Below, piece after piece: positions 8,229 to 18,002 of a stretch of 64,000 bases of DNA (position 1 is the first letter of the stretch; the number at the start of each line of letters is the position of its first letter). Below the pieces are notes generated by a model. The model was not told where the DNA came from, made no database searches, and saw only the letters and a list, made by a program, of their open reading frames with translations. The stretch spans positions 3,840,001 to 3,904,000 of the forward strand of contig CAWAIF010000003.1 of assembly GCA_963782055.1 (NCBI GenBank), in the 5' to 3' direction. This stretch comes from an uncultured delta proteobacterium (GTDB lineage Bacteria; Myxococcota_A; Polyangia; Polyangiales; Polyangiaceae). The position numbers and the translations under genes were made by a program.

Positions 8229-11200
8229 TCACGGCGCAACCGGCAGCGGGAGGGCCGACCCGTTCTCCGGCAGCGTCTCCGGCAGGCCGGGGCGGGTCTG
8301 CACGTACATCTGGTTGGTGTACGAGAGCTTGCTGCCCTGGTGGGTCGGGTCGTTGGTGCTGGAGACGTAGGTCGCCATCTTCGGGTCGCCGATGAGATCG
8401 GTGAAGTAGGCGAGACGCGCCACCGCGCGCGCGACGCCCGGGTTGCGCACGTTGTACGCGCGGGAGAGCGCCACGGCCTGGGCGTAGTAGCGCACCATGA
8501 TCTGGTCGGCGGCGTCGACCTCGCTGTCGCGCTTGTCGCGCCAGCCCTGCTTGATCTTCGCCTCCAGGTCGTCGGCCTGGTCGACGAGCGCGTCGCGGCC
8601 GCTGTTGCGCATGGAGTTGAGGAGCTTCTGGAACTTGGTCGGGATCAGCTTGAACTCCGCGCCGGCGCAGTAATACAGGCCGGTACGCAGCGAGTCGTAG
8701 AGGGAGCCGCGGCGGGCGAGCGCCGCAGGGACCCACTCCAGCGACTTGTAGGTGTCGACGATGTGCGCCAGCTTCTTGTCGTAGTCGTCGGCGACCTTGG
8801 CGTCCTTCCGGTAAAGACCCTCGCTGATGAACTTGCCGGTCTTCTGGTCCACCTTCCCCATGATCTGCTCGGAGTCGTACTTGATGTAGTGGTGGTGACC
8901 GGTGTCGTAGTCGAACTTGTCGTGGATCTCCTCGTCGAGGGGGACGTACTCCGCCTCGGCGCCGTAGTCGGCGTAGGGGAGCTTGTTCGCGTCGTCGGCG
9001 CTCTGCTGGTGGTAGAAGTTCCACGCGGCGAGGGTGTTCTTGAACCAGCCGTGGTAGCCGGTGTCGCCCACCGCCTGCTTCATCTTGGCCACTCGCCACG
9101 CCGCCTCCAGCGCGTACTTGGCGGCGCTCGGGATGGCCTTGTGCGAGTTGTAGAAGCCCTCGAGCGAGCTGATCGCCTTCAGGCGCGCGGTGCGGTTGGA
9201 GCCGGTGTCGGCCCCGCCCTTGTTCCACTGCTGGTAGTCGTAGCTCGCGACGAGGTAGTCGTAGTTCGCCCGCTCGTCGGCCGTCGGCCGGAGCTGGACG
9301 ACGATCTTGTACATCGCCAGCATCTTGTCGCGCTGGCCGATGGCGTTGAACAGGATCATCGCGTTCTTCGCGTCGACCTTGCGCTTGTCCTCGTCCAGCC
9401 GGACGTTCTCCGCCACCTTGGCGTAGGTGGCCGCGGCCTGCGGGTAGCTGAAGAAGGAGTAGTAGGTCGTCCCCTCCTCGTCGTAGGCCACCTGCAGGTA
9501 GTTGATCCGCTCCTTGTACAGCGCCGGCTCAGGGGGGGTGTTCGTCTTCGGGTCGCCCTTCTGGAGCTTCCGGAGGGTCTCCTCCTTGCCGTACTCCGAG
9601 ATGAAGCGGTCGTAGTTCTTGATGGCGCGGTCGTAGTCGCCGAGCTGCTTGTAGGCGAACGCGGCGCGCATGGCGCCTCGCGGGGCCTCGCGGCGCCCGG
9701 GGGCGGCCTTGAGCGCGGCCTCGTAGAGCGCGCCGGCCTCCGCCCACTTCTTGGCGCGATCGGGCGTGACCGGATCGCAGCGGTCGGCCTCGGTGGTGAT
9801 GTCGCGGCCGCACGCCTCGATGAACTTCTGGTCGGCGTCCTTGTAGGCCGCCGCCTGGAAGATGGGGTTGAGCAGGGAGGCCGCGCCGGCGGTCTGCTCG
9901 GCCGTGACCGCGCAGCTGTGCGACTTCTCCGCCTCGGCGAGCTTGCGGGAGTTGACGCTGTCGCCCGACTTCGCGGCGATGGAGATGAGCTTCTCCCACG
10001 CCTTGTAGCCGTACTCGTCCTTGCCGCAGTGCTCCTTGTAGATGGGCTCGAAGCGAGCCCTGGCGTCGAGGAAGTCGCCGTAGACGAAGAAGGTGTCCGC
10101 GACGTCGAACGCGTACAGCGTCGAGTTGTGCGCCGGGTCCTTCTCCGGCGGGACGTGCCGGATGTAGTCGTCGCGCGCGTCCATGCTCCCCTTCACGACG
10201 GCGGGGATGGGCACCACCTTCACCTTGGCGGTGTCACCGGTGCCCTCCATCTCCAGCTCGGTGCGCTTCTGCACGCCCTGCGTGCCCTTGCTGTCGTCGT
10301 AGAGCTGGTAGGCGAGGTCCCGGGCGATGTCCGACTCCTCCACCACCATCTGCGCGGCCACGTCCAGGTACTTGTCGTCCTCGTTGGAGTCGCGCACCTG
10401 GATGGCGGCGGCCTTCGCGTCCTCGACGTCCTTGTCGCTCGGCGGCGGGAACTGGTCCTTGTTGCGCGTGTGCAACAGGAGCTGGATGCGGACGTCCTTG
10501 TTGCGGGCGTCGGCGAGCCAGAAGAGGGTGTCGTAGGCGTCGGGCGCGTTCTCGTCCTGCTTCAGGTAGCCGTACCAGCCCACCGCGGCGAGCCGGTACT
10601 CCGCCTCCGCGCGCGTCAGGTAGTCGAGCTGCTCCTTCGGGTCCTGCGAGTTGAGCGCGGCGACGAGGAGCTGCTTGCCCAGGTTGGTGTGCGCCGCGGC
10701 CGCCTGGCGGAGGCCACCGCGCACCAGCCGCTCGGCGTTCTGCAGGGCGGCCGGGTTCTCCTTGTTGGCGTCCACCCACGGCGTGTTGCCGATGTAGTTG
10801 GCCAGCGCGGTGCGCGCCTTGAGCGCCTTGGAGCTGATGGCGTCGAACTCGGGGGTGCCCTGCTTGAGGGTCGTCAGCATCTGATCGTAGGTGAGCGCGA
10901 TCTCGTTCTGGACGTCCGGGGCGGTGGGGTCCATCGGCCACTGCTTCAGGATCAGGTCGTAGACCTCGATGGCGTTGTTGAACTGGTTGAGGCTGCGGAA
11001 CTCGCCGGCGAGCGACTTGTAGATCTCGATCGTCCAGGGCTTGTCCTGGGGGATGAGCGACGGGTCGCGCACCCGGTCGATCGCCACGTGGAGCTTCTTC
11101 TCCGCCCTCGCCGGGTCGGGCTCGGTGTCGACGATGTCGGGGCGCTGGATGAAGGGCTCGTCCGGGCCGGGGCCGGTGAAGTCGACGTTGGTGAGGGAGC

Positions 11201-12515
11201 CCGCGATGTAGGTGTACGCCTCGCTACGGAAGTCGCCGACGTTGGTGTCGCCTTCCTTCTCCAGCTCGTCGGTGTGGAGCAGCAGCTTCACGAAGGCGCG
11301 CGTGGCGAGCTCGTAGCGCTGCTGCTTGAAGAGCGTCCAGGCGTACTTGTAGAGGGCCACGCCGTAGAGCGGCGGCTTCTTGTACTGCAGGGAGTGGACG
11401 TAGGCGCTCGCCGCGCGGTTGAGGTCCCAGACGGCGATGGGCTCGTCATCGACGACGCCGCCGCGGTTGTCGAGCTGGTCGAACTCCCAGTTGCCGATCT
11501 GCCACCAGATCTCGGCGACATATTTCGGGTCCTCGCCGGGCTGCAGGTCCGGCTGGGGGATGTACTGGCAGTCGTTGGGGAAGGGGTCGTTGAAGACGGT
11601 GTCGGGCCCCTTCTTCAGCCGCATGGGATCCGGATAGCGCTGGCGCCAGCCCATCCAGTAGTCCTTGGTGTTGTCCTGCGGCATCGGGATGATGGAGTCG
11701 ACGTCCGCGTTCTTCGGGTCGGGCGGCGTCGGGTACGGGAACTTGTTGTGGCAGACCAGCGATCGCCAGACCTGCTGCGCCTCCTCGATGCGGGCGGAGT
11801 CGTTGTACGCGTGGCCGAGGTAGTAGTAGATGGCCGCCAGCCGCTTGTACTTGGGGAACTCGTTGATGACGCGCTTGTAGAGGGAGATGGCCGGCTTGAG
11901 GCCCACCGACAGGTCGTCGGTCGCGTCCTCGCCGCGGGCGCGCTCCTCGTAGAGCGACGCGAGGCGGAACATGGCGTCGGGAGTGGCCTCCGGCTGCGCG
12001 TTCGGCCCGGAGTACTTGGCGATGAACTCCTCGAGACGCTGGATGGCGATGTCGCGCGCCTTCTTCAGCTCCGCCTTCTCGGTGGCGATCTCGGTGTCCA
12101 GACCGGAGAGGATGTCCTTCTTCTTCTCCTCGTAGTGGAGCTTGATGATCGTCGTGACGGTGTCGCGGTACTCCTTCGCTCCCTCGGCGTAGGCGTCGGT
12201 CTCCTGCTGCAGGGCCTTGAGGGCGGCGATCTGCTGGGGGGAAGGCGGCGGCGCGGGCGGCGCGGGACGGCGGTACGTCGGCACGGGGGGGAGCGCGATC
12301 TGACCGGCGTCCTCGGCGGTGGCCGTGGCGCCACCGTCGCCCGCGGTCGTCGTCGTGGCGGCGTCGCCGGAGGTCGCGGTGACGCCCGCGTCCCCCGAGG
12401 CGGCCGGCGCCCCGGCGTCAGCGGCGCCAGCAGTGGCCGGCTGCGCGAAGACCGACGCGCTGAAGACCAGCGTGAGCAAGCTCGCGCTCGAGACGAAAAG
12501 CCAACTCTTCTTCAA
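8229..12515 (-). CDS. Large secreted TPR protein (GltD/AgmU-like)
   Basis: 1428 aa with a signal peptide and TPR-like units (PDAMFRLASLYEE, IYYYLGHAY, ALYKYAWTLFKQQRY). Strong GC3 codon bias. Confidence 0.8.
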   Translation of the reverse strand: MKKSWLFVSSASLLTLVFSASVFAQPATAGAADAGAPAASGDAGVTATSGDAATTTTAGDGGATATAEDAGQIALPPVPTYRRPAPPAPPPSPQQIAALKALQQETDAYAEGAKEYRDTVTTIIKLHYEEKKKDILSGLDTEIATEKAELKKARDIAIQRLEEFIAKYSGPNAQPEATPDAMFRLASLYEERARGEDATDDLSVGLKPAISLYKRVINEFPKYKRLAAIYYYLGHAYNDSARIEEAQQVWRSLVCHNKFPYPTPPDPKNADVDSIIPMPQDNTKDYWMGWRQRYPDPMRLKKGPDTVFNDPFPNDCQYIPQPDLQPGEDPKYVAEIWWQIGNWEFDQLDNRGGVVDDEPIAVWDLNRAASAYVHSLQYKKPPLYGVALYKYAWTLFKQQRYELATRAFVKLLLHTDELEKEGDTNVGDFRSEAYTYIAGSLTNVDFTGPGPDEPFIQRPDIVDTEPDPARAEKKLHVAIDRVRDPSLIPQDKPWTIEIYKSLAGEFRSLNQFNNAIEVYDLILKQWPMDPTAPDVQNEIALTYDQMLTTLKQGTPEFDAISSKALKARTALANYIGNTPWVDANKENPAALQNAERLVRGGLRQAAAAHTNLGKQLLVAALNSQDPKEQLDYLTRAEAEYRLAAVGWYGYLKQDENAPDAYDTLFWLADARNKDVRIQLLLHTRNKDQFPPPSDKDVEDAKAAAIQVRDSNEDDKYLDVAAQMVVEESDIARDLAYQLYDDSKGTQGVQKRTELEMEGTGDTAKVKVVPIPAVVKGSMDARDDYIRHVPPEKDPAHNSTLYAFDVADTFFVYGDFLDARARFEPIYKEHCGKDEYGYKAWEKLISIAAKSGDSVNSRKLAEAEKSHSCAVTAEQTAGAASLLNPIFQAAAYKDADQKFIEACGRDITTEADRCDPVTPDRAKKWAEAGALYEAALKAAPGRREAPRGAMRAAFAYKQLGDYDRAIKNYDRFISEYGKEETLRKLQKGDPKTNTPPEPALYKERINYLQVAYDEEGTTYYSFFSYPQAAATYAKVAENVRLDEDKRKVDAKNAMILFNAIGQRDKMLAMYKIVVQLRPTADERANYDYLVASYDYQQWNKGGADTGSNRTARLKAISSLEGFYNSHKAIPSAAKYALEAAWRVAKMKQAVGDTGYHGWFKNTLAAWNFYHQQSADDANKLPYADYGAEAEYVPLDEEIHDKFDYDTGHHHYIKYDSEQIMGKVDQKTGKFISEGLYRKDAKVADDYDKKLAHIVDTYKSLEWVPAALARRGSLYDSLRTGLYYCAGAEFKLIPTKFQKLLNSMRNSGRDALVDQADDLEAKIKQGWRDKRDSEVDAADQIMVRYYAQAVALSRAYNVRNPGVARAVARLAYFTDLIGDPKMATYVSSTNDPTHQGSKLSYTNQMYVQTRPGLPETLPENGSALPLPVAP

Positions 12516-12525
12516 GGCTCGCTCC

Positions 12526-14943
12526 TCACTTCGGGGCCTGCGTGCTGGAAGACTGATCGCTCTGGCCGGAGTCGTCCAGCACCTCCTTGAGCTCCTCGTC
12601 CAGGAGCTGCTCCTGCCGCGAGCGCTCCGTCTGGAGGTTGCGCACGCGGTCGAGCTCCTCTTCGCGGACCTCCCACGCCTGCTCGGTCACGCCCACGTCC
12701 GCGCGCAGCACGATGTTGCGGAGCTTGTCGCGCACCAGGCCGAAGTTGCGCTGCGCCACGTGCCCGACGAGGTCGCGCGCCTCGTCGTCCAGCTTGCCGA
12801 GCTGCTCCTTGTAGTTGGCGATGTTCGCCGACTCGGCGTCGATCTTCCCCTGCAGCACCTTCGTCCGGGCGGCCACCTGCGTCTCCAGCTGCATGAAGGC
12901 CGCGACGAGCTGGTCCTCCTGCGAGCGGATCTGGCCGAGCGGGCCCTGGATGCGCCCGGCGTAGGTCCGGGCGTCTCCCCCACCCTGCCCCGCGCCGGCG
13001 AGCTGCACCTCGCGGTCGAAGACATCGCGGAACTGTGAGCGTGCGTTGGCGTCGTTCTGGTAGCGCAGGTCGCCCAGGCCGATCTGGGCGCGGCCCATCT
13101 CGATCTGCTGGCGGAGCGCGGCGACCTCTTCCTTGTCCGTCTTGAGGTCGTGCTCGTTCTGGTCGATCTCCGCGTTGAAGCGCTGCACGGCGGCGGGGTC
13201 GCGCGTGACGCCGTTCTGCGCGTCCTCCTTGAGCATGCGGCGCAGCCCGTTGACGACGGCCTGGAGCTGGTCAATCTCCAGCTGGCCGCGCGAGAGCTGC
13301 TGCGAGACCGTGTTCCACTGCTGCTCGCCCTCGTGGTCGCGCTGGGCGAACTCGGCCGAGTTGGTCGGGAGGCCGGACATGGCGGCCATCAGCTTGCGGC
13401 GCTGATCGCGGACCTGGCCCATCTCCCCGCCGATGTCGCCGGACTCCTCGCCGTCCATGCCCTTGGCGAGCTCGAGGCGCGCCCGGGAGAGGCGGTTGAG
13501 CAGACCGAGCGCGAGCTCCTCGCCGGCGAGCAGGTCGGGGAAGGCGCGCACGCGGTTGGAGGCCTGCGTGAGGGCGTTCAGCTTCTGGACGAGCAGCTCG
13601 GAGTCCTTGATGAGCTTCTTGCAGTCGTTGACGTCGTCGATGACCGCGAAGGCGAGCGGGCCGTCCTCCTCCTCGCGCGCCCACCGGATGGCGACGGGCG
13701 GGAGCTGGTCGTTCTGATCCAGCATGTCGAGCTGCTGGGCGGAGAGCTTGTCGTAGTAGACGCTCACGTCGGAGGTGGAGCTGAGGAAGGTGTCCACCTT
13801 CTGGCGCATCGGGTCGTACTGCGCGCGCACCGACTGATAGAGCTGCAGGGCCTTGTCGAACGCGCCGGCGCGCAGCAAGAGGTCCGCCCGCAGGAGCGTG
13901 CCGTCGGCCATGTAGTTGGAGTCGGGGTTGGCGATGGAGAGGACCTCCAGCGCGCGTTCGGCGCGCTCCACGTCCCCGTCGCGCACGTAGACCCACGCGA
14001 GCTCGTAGAGCATCGTGTCGAACTCGGGCGAGTCGCGGCCGATCTTGGAGTACGCCTCGCTGGCGAGCTGGAACTGCTCCTCCTGGTAGGCGAGCCGGCC
14101 GATGGCCATCCACGCCAGGTCGATGACGTGGCGGTGCTCCTCGGTGTCCGGCGGCAGGTCGGTCACCTGCTTGAAGGCGTCGATCGCCGTCTTGTAGTTG
14201 ATCTTCTGCGCGGGGGCGGCGGGGGCCGGGCCGGCGGTGGTGGGCGGCGCGGCGGCGGCGGTGGGCTGCAGCTGCTTGAGCACGATGAGCGCCTGGAAGT
14301 AGCGCGCCTGGTGCGTGTAGCGCGTGTTCGCGGGGACGGCCGAGAACTGGTGGTTGGCGTCCTGGTAGTCCTTCTTGGCGTAGTACGCCTTGCCCTTCGC
14401 GTAGGTGAGCGCGGCGTCGACCTGCGCAGGCGGCACGAGGTTGAGGTTCTGGAAGACCTCGTCCAGGCCGGCGATGTCGTCGAGGCGGAAGGACACGTCC
14501 ACCATGCGCGCCAGCGACTTGGAGACGTAAGGCGCGTAGCGGGGCTCGGTCCCGCGCTTGACGATGGCGCGGTAGTCGCGGCGGGCGGAGAGGTAATCGC
14601 CCGCGTCGTAGAACGTCTCGCCGCGGAGCCACTGCGCGTCGACCGCCGACGGCGTGTCGGGGTAGCCCTCGATGATCTCGCTGAAGACCAGGATGGCGCG
14701 GTCGAAGTCCTTCATGCGGTAGAGCAGCTCGCCGTTGGCGAGGCGCTGGTCCACCGTCATCACCTGCCCCTTCGCCTTGTTGACCGCGGACTGCACGCCG
14801 CCGGCCTCGCTGGTGACGGCGTTGATCTCGTTCTGCGCGCGGGAGATCTCGTCGTCACCGCCCGCGTGGGCGGGCGGGGCCAACAACAGCGCGGCCAGCG
14901 CGACCGGCCCGAGGGCCAGCCGCGCGACGCGAAGGCGACTCAC
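12526..14943 (-). CDS. Secreted TPR plus coiled-coil protein
   Basis: GTG start overlaps the upstream stop. Signal peptide ending AHA, TPRs (AQWLRGETFY, MLYELAWVY) and a long C-terminal coiled coil ending RADVGVTEQAWE. Confidence 0.8.
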   Translation of the reverse strand: MSRLRVARLALGPVALAALLLAPPAHAGGDDEISRAQNEINAVTSEAGGVQSAVNKAKGQVMTVDQRLANGELLYRMKDFDRAILVFSEIIEGYPDTPSAVDAQWLRGETFYDAGDYLSARRDYRAIVKRGTEPRYAPYVSKSLARMVDVSFRLDDIAGLDEVFQNLNLVPPAQVDAALTYAKGKAYYAKKDYQDANHQFSAVPANTRYTHQARYFQALIVLKQLQPTAAAAPPTTAGPAPAAPAQKINYKTAIDAFKQVTDLPPDTEEHRHVIDLAWMAIGRLAYQEEQFQLASEAYSKIGRDSPEFDTMLYELAWVYVRDGDVERAERALEVLSIANPDSNYMADGTLLRADLLLRAGAFDKALQLYQSVRAQYDPMRQKVDTFLSSTSDVSVYYDKLSAQQLDMLDQNDQLPPVAIRWAREEEDGPLAFAVIDDVNDCKKLIKDSELLVQKLNALTQASNRVRAFPDLLAGEELALGLLNRLSRARLELAKGMDGEESGDIGGEMGQVRDQRRKLMAAMSGLPTNSAEFAQRDHEGEQQWNTVSQQLSRGQLEIDQLQAVVNGLRRMLKEDAQNGVTRDPAAVQRFNAEIDQNEHDLKTDKEEVAALRQQIEMGRAQIGLGDLRYQNDANARSQFRDVFDREVQLAGAGQGGGDARTYAGRIQGPLGQIRSQEDQLVAAFMQLETQVAARTKVLQGKIDAESANIANYKEQLGKLDDEARDLVGHVAQRNFGLVRDKLRNIVLRADVGVTEQAWEVREEELDRVRNLQTERSRQEQLLDEELKEVLDDSGQSDQSSSTQAPK

Positions 14944-15749
14944 TTGCTCCCCCCTCCGTTCGCCGCCGGCGTCGCGCCCATGCCGGCGCCGAGCGCCTGC
15001 ACTTGCTCCTTCCACTCGATCTTCGGGCGGTCCTGGAGGGCGGTGGTCACGCCGCCCTGCTCGAAGGCGGTGGCGGTGATGGAGAGGGTCTTGCCCTCCA
15101 CCGAGGTGAAGGAGTGGCTGGACTTGACCTCGAACTTGTAGCCACGCAGGTAGGTGAAGACGCCGTAGCCGTTGCCCTGGAAGACGAGGAGCACCTGCAC
15201 GGTGTGATCGCCCGGGGGCACCGAGCCGGTGAACACAGGGATGTCCTTCTGGTCGGCGAGGGCGCCGGTGTCGTCCTGACGGTTGTACTGGACCGCGCCG
15301 TCGAGCACGAAGAGCGCGCGCACCAGGCGGAAGGCGCTGGACATCTCGTTGTGGAAGTTGATGACCGAGCGCGAGCCCGCAGCGCCGCCGGAGAGGATGG
15401 TGTCGGACAGCAGCGCGAGGCGCGTGTGGCTCTTGCGGATCTGATCCTTCAGCTCGTCCACGCGCGCCTCCAGATCACGAAGCCGCACGTTGTAGGTCGC
15501 GCCGTCCATCTCGGGGGCGGGCGCGGCGGCCGAGGCGGACGGCGCCGCGGAGCCGGAGGAAGCGGCCGAGGCGGCGGGGGCGCCTGAAGCAGAAGCGCTG
15601 GCGGCCGCGCTGGGGGCTGCAGCGGCCGAGGCAGACGCGGATGCCGCGCCCGGCGCCGTGACACCTCCGGCCGCGCCGCCGGCCAGAGCCGTGACGGCGA
15701 GCAGGAAGGGCAGAGCCAGAGCGATGACCGTTGTCGCGAAGCGTCGCAT
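14940..15749 (-). CDS. Secreted hypothetical protein (Ala/Ser-rich linker, coiled coil, beta-sandwich-like domain); first gene of the Glt-like operon
   Basis: Signal peptide, LRDLEARVDELKDQI coiled coil, and a GNGYGVFTYLRGYKFEVKSSHSF beta-rich domain. Confidence 0.75.
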   Translation of the reverse strand: MRRFATTVIALALPFLLAVTALAGGAAGGVTAPGAASASASAAAAPSAAASASASGAPAASAASSGSAAPSASAAAPAPEMDGATYNVRLRDLEARVDELKDQIRKSHTRLALLSDTILSGGAAGSRSVINFHNEMSSAFRLVRALFVLDGAVQYNRQDDTGALADQKDIPVFTGSVPPGDHTVQVLLVFQGNGYGVFTYLRGYKFEVKSSHSFTSVEGKTLSITATAFEQGGVTTALQDRPKIEWKEQVQALGAGMGATPAANGGGSK

Positions 15750-16134
15750 TTCGAATTCCCCTTGTCTTTCCTAGCCCAAGCCGCGTTTTTTGGAGTCTTC
15801 GTGTGTCGCCAGGCGCACCTGGACCATTTCCTTGGTGCACCGTGGCTACCTAGACAGTTCCGACCGCGGAGGCAGTGTAGTTTGCCGTACGACCTGGGTG
15901 CAACCGTCGAAGATGGGGCCCCGCACCCCCCCGGGGCCGAAAAAGCGACGATCAGTTGTGGCGGGGCCCGCGGTCCGAATAAAACGCTCAGACCCCCTCG
16001 CAAAGCCCCGTGAGCCCCCTTTTGCGCGCGCAAGCCAGATCCAACCGCGGCGTGGTGCGTCTGATCCCCCAAGGAAAGGATGGGTACGGTGTTACGCGCT
16101 TCGCATGGGACCCAGCCGGCAGGACGGTGGCCGG

Positions 16135-16743
16135 ATGATCGAGCCGCTCGTCACCGACGAGGCGCTCATGATCCGCTACCAGCGGGGCGATCGCTCGGCG
16201 TTCGCGCTGCTGGTGCGCCGGCATCAGGCCCCGCTCTTCAACTTCGCCCTGCGGCAGCTCCGGGTGCGGCAGGCGGCGGAGGACGTGGTGCAGGAGGCCT
16301 TCGTCCGGGTGGTGCAGAACGCCGCGGACTTCAAGCACGAGGCGCGGTTTACCACCTGGGTCTACACCATCACGCGGAACCTCTGCATCGACCAGCTCCG
16401 CAAGGGCGCGCTGCGCAAGCACCCCTCGCTCGACGAGAGCCGCGGCGGGTCGGAGGGAGACGGCCCGACCCTGGGCGAGCAGACGGCGGACGGGAGGGCG
16501 AGCGTGGAGCGCGAGGCGACCGGCACCGAGCTGCGCGCGAGGATCGCGGAGGCCGTGGAGGAGCTGCCGGACGAGCAACGCGAGGTGTTCTTGATGCGTG
16601 AGCTGGCGAACCTCCCCTTCAAGGAGATCGCCGAGATCACCGGAGTCCCCGAAAATACCGTGAAGAGTCGGATGCGATACGCGCTCGAGCGGCTCCAGGC
16701 CGCGCTGCGCGAGTACGAGGAGTATGCCCGCGCCCTGAAATGA
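16135..16743 (+). CDS. ECF RNA polymerase sigma factor
   Basis: Region 2 (AEDVVQEAF, FTTWVYTITRNLCIDQLRK) and region 4 (LPDEQREVF, EIAEITGVPENTVKSRMRYA). ATG 16105 is an alternative start. Confidence 0.92.
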   Translation: MIEPLVTDEALMIRYQRGDRSAFALLVRRHQAPLFNFALRQLRVRQAAEDVVQEAFVRVVQNAADFKHEARFTTWVYTITRNLCIDQLRKGALRKHPSLDESRGGSEGDGPTLGEQTADGRASVEREATGTELRARIAEAVEELPDEQREVFLMRELANLPFKEIAEITGVPENTVKSRMRYALERLQAALREYEEYARALK

Positions 16744-16802
16744 GCCCCGTTGGGTTGCAAGTTGCGACCGGCAGCCGAAGGATCCGAGAGGAAGTACGCG
16801 TC

Positions 16803-18002
16803 ATGGATTGCGAGAAGTTCGAGGCCACCCTGATCGACGAGCTCGAAGGCGAGCTCGACGAGATCACGAGCGCGGCGCACAAGCGCCACGCCTCGGGGTG
16901 CGCCCGCTGCGCGAGCCTGATGTCGGGGATGAGAGCGACGCGGCGAGTGGCCGTGCTGCCGCTGGTGGACCCGCCCCAGGACCTGGAGGAGCGCATCCTC
17001 TCGGCGGCGCGCGCCGCGCAGAAGGTGGTGCCCTTCCGGGCGAAGGTCTCGCGCTTCGTCTCTCGCGCCGGCGCCTGGGCGATGCGCCCACAGACCGCCA
17101 TGGCCGCCGTCTTCCTGCTGGTGATGGGCTCCAGCCTGGTGCTGATGAAGAGCGGCCGGCACGCCAGCGAGCCCGCGCGGGCCACGGTGCGCGCGGAGGG
17201 TGCGCCGGCGGAGCAGATGGCGCCGGCGGGGGCCGCGGCCAGCGCGATGGACCTGACCGCCGCCGCGGAGGCCCACGGGACGGAGGAGAAGGCGGCGTCG
17301 CGACCGGTCGTCACGACGACGACCCCCGACGACATCCCGGCGCAGGGTTCGGCCCTCGCGATGGACGAGAAGAAGCAGGGGATGAGCGCGGGCGGGGGCG
17401 GCGCGGCCGAAGGCCACCTCAGCGAGGCCCAGACCCGCCGGGAGCGGGGCGCGGGAGGCGACACCGACCGCCTGACCGCCGCCAACGCGGGGCCCGTCGC
17501 CGGGGCTCCGGCGCCCACGGCCACCACCGGCATGGCGGCTCCGCCGCCCGCGGCCCACCACGCGAGCGCGACGAAGACGTCTCAAACGGGCGGCGCGGGG
17601 TCCTTCGACACGGCGATGGCCGCGTACCACGCCGGGCGCTACAACGACGCGATGCAGATGTTCGACGCCCTGGGCGACGCCAGCTCCGCGCTGTGGGCGG
17701 CGCGCAGCGTCCGGGAGGGCAGCGGCTGCGCCGCCGCGGTTGGCCGCTTCGACAGCGTGGGCACCCGCTTCTGGAACACGACGCCCGGCTACGAGGCCAC
17801 CCTCGACGCCGGGCGGTGCTACCGCGCGATGGGCAACACCAGCCTGGCGCGGGCGCGCCTGTCGCGGCTCCTCGCGGTGCCGGCGTACGCGGCCCGCGCG
17901 CAGGACGAGCTGGACGCGATGGCCCCCGCCTCCGCCAAGGACAAGGAAGCTCCGCGGCCGGCGCGCAGGCCCGCCAACATCGACCAGGCCAATGGCTTCT
18001 GA
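16803..18002 (+). CDS. Zinc-finger (zf-HC2) membrane anti-sigma factor with a C-terminal TPR-like domain
   Basis: MDC...HASGCARC (HxxxCxxC) motif, TM AMAAVFLLVMGSSLVLM, low-complexity linker and helical C-terminus. Directly follows the ECF sigma gene. Confidence 0.8.
   Translation: MDCEKFEATLIDELEGELDEITSAAHKRHASGCARCASLMSGMRATRRVAVLPLVDPPQDLEERILSAARAAQKVVPFRAKVSRFVSRAGAWAMRPQTAMAAVFLLVMGSSLVLMKSGRHASEPARATVRAEGAPAEQMAPAGAAASAMDLTAAAEAHGTEEKAASRPVVTTTTPDDIPAQGSALAMDEKKQGMSAGGGGAAEGHLSEAQTRRERGAGGDTDRLTAANAGPVAGAPAPTATTGMAAPPPAAHHASATKTSQTGGAGSFDTAMAAYHAGRYNDAMQMFDALGDASSALWAARSVREGSGCAAAVGRFDSVGTRFWNTTPGYEATLDAGRCYRAMGNTSLARARLSRLLAVPAYAARAQDELDAMAPASAKDKEAPRPARRPANIDQANGF

Noticed and set aside
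7998..12590. 1530-aa plus-strand ORF, and other long antisense or alternate-frame ORFs (13150..15141, 39259..41424, 54840..57803, 59915..62233)
   Set aside because: Shadow ORFs caused by strong GC3 bias on the opposite coding strand. They are rich in V/L/R/G/A, show no motifs and fully overlap well-supported genes.
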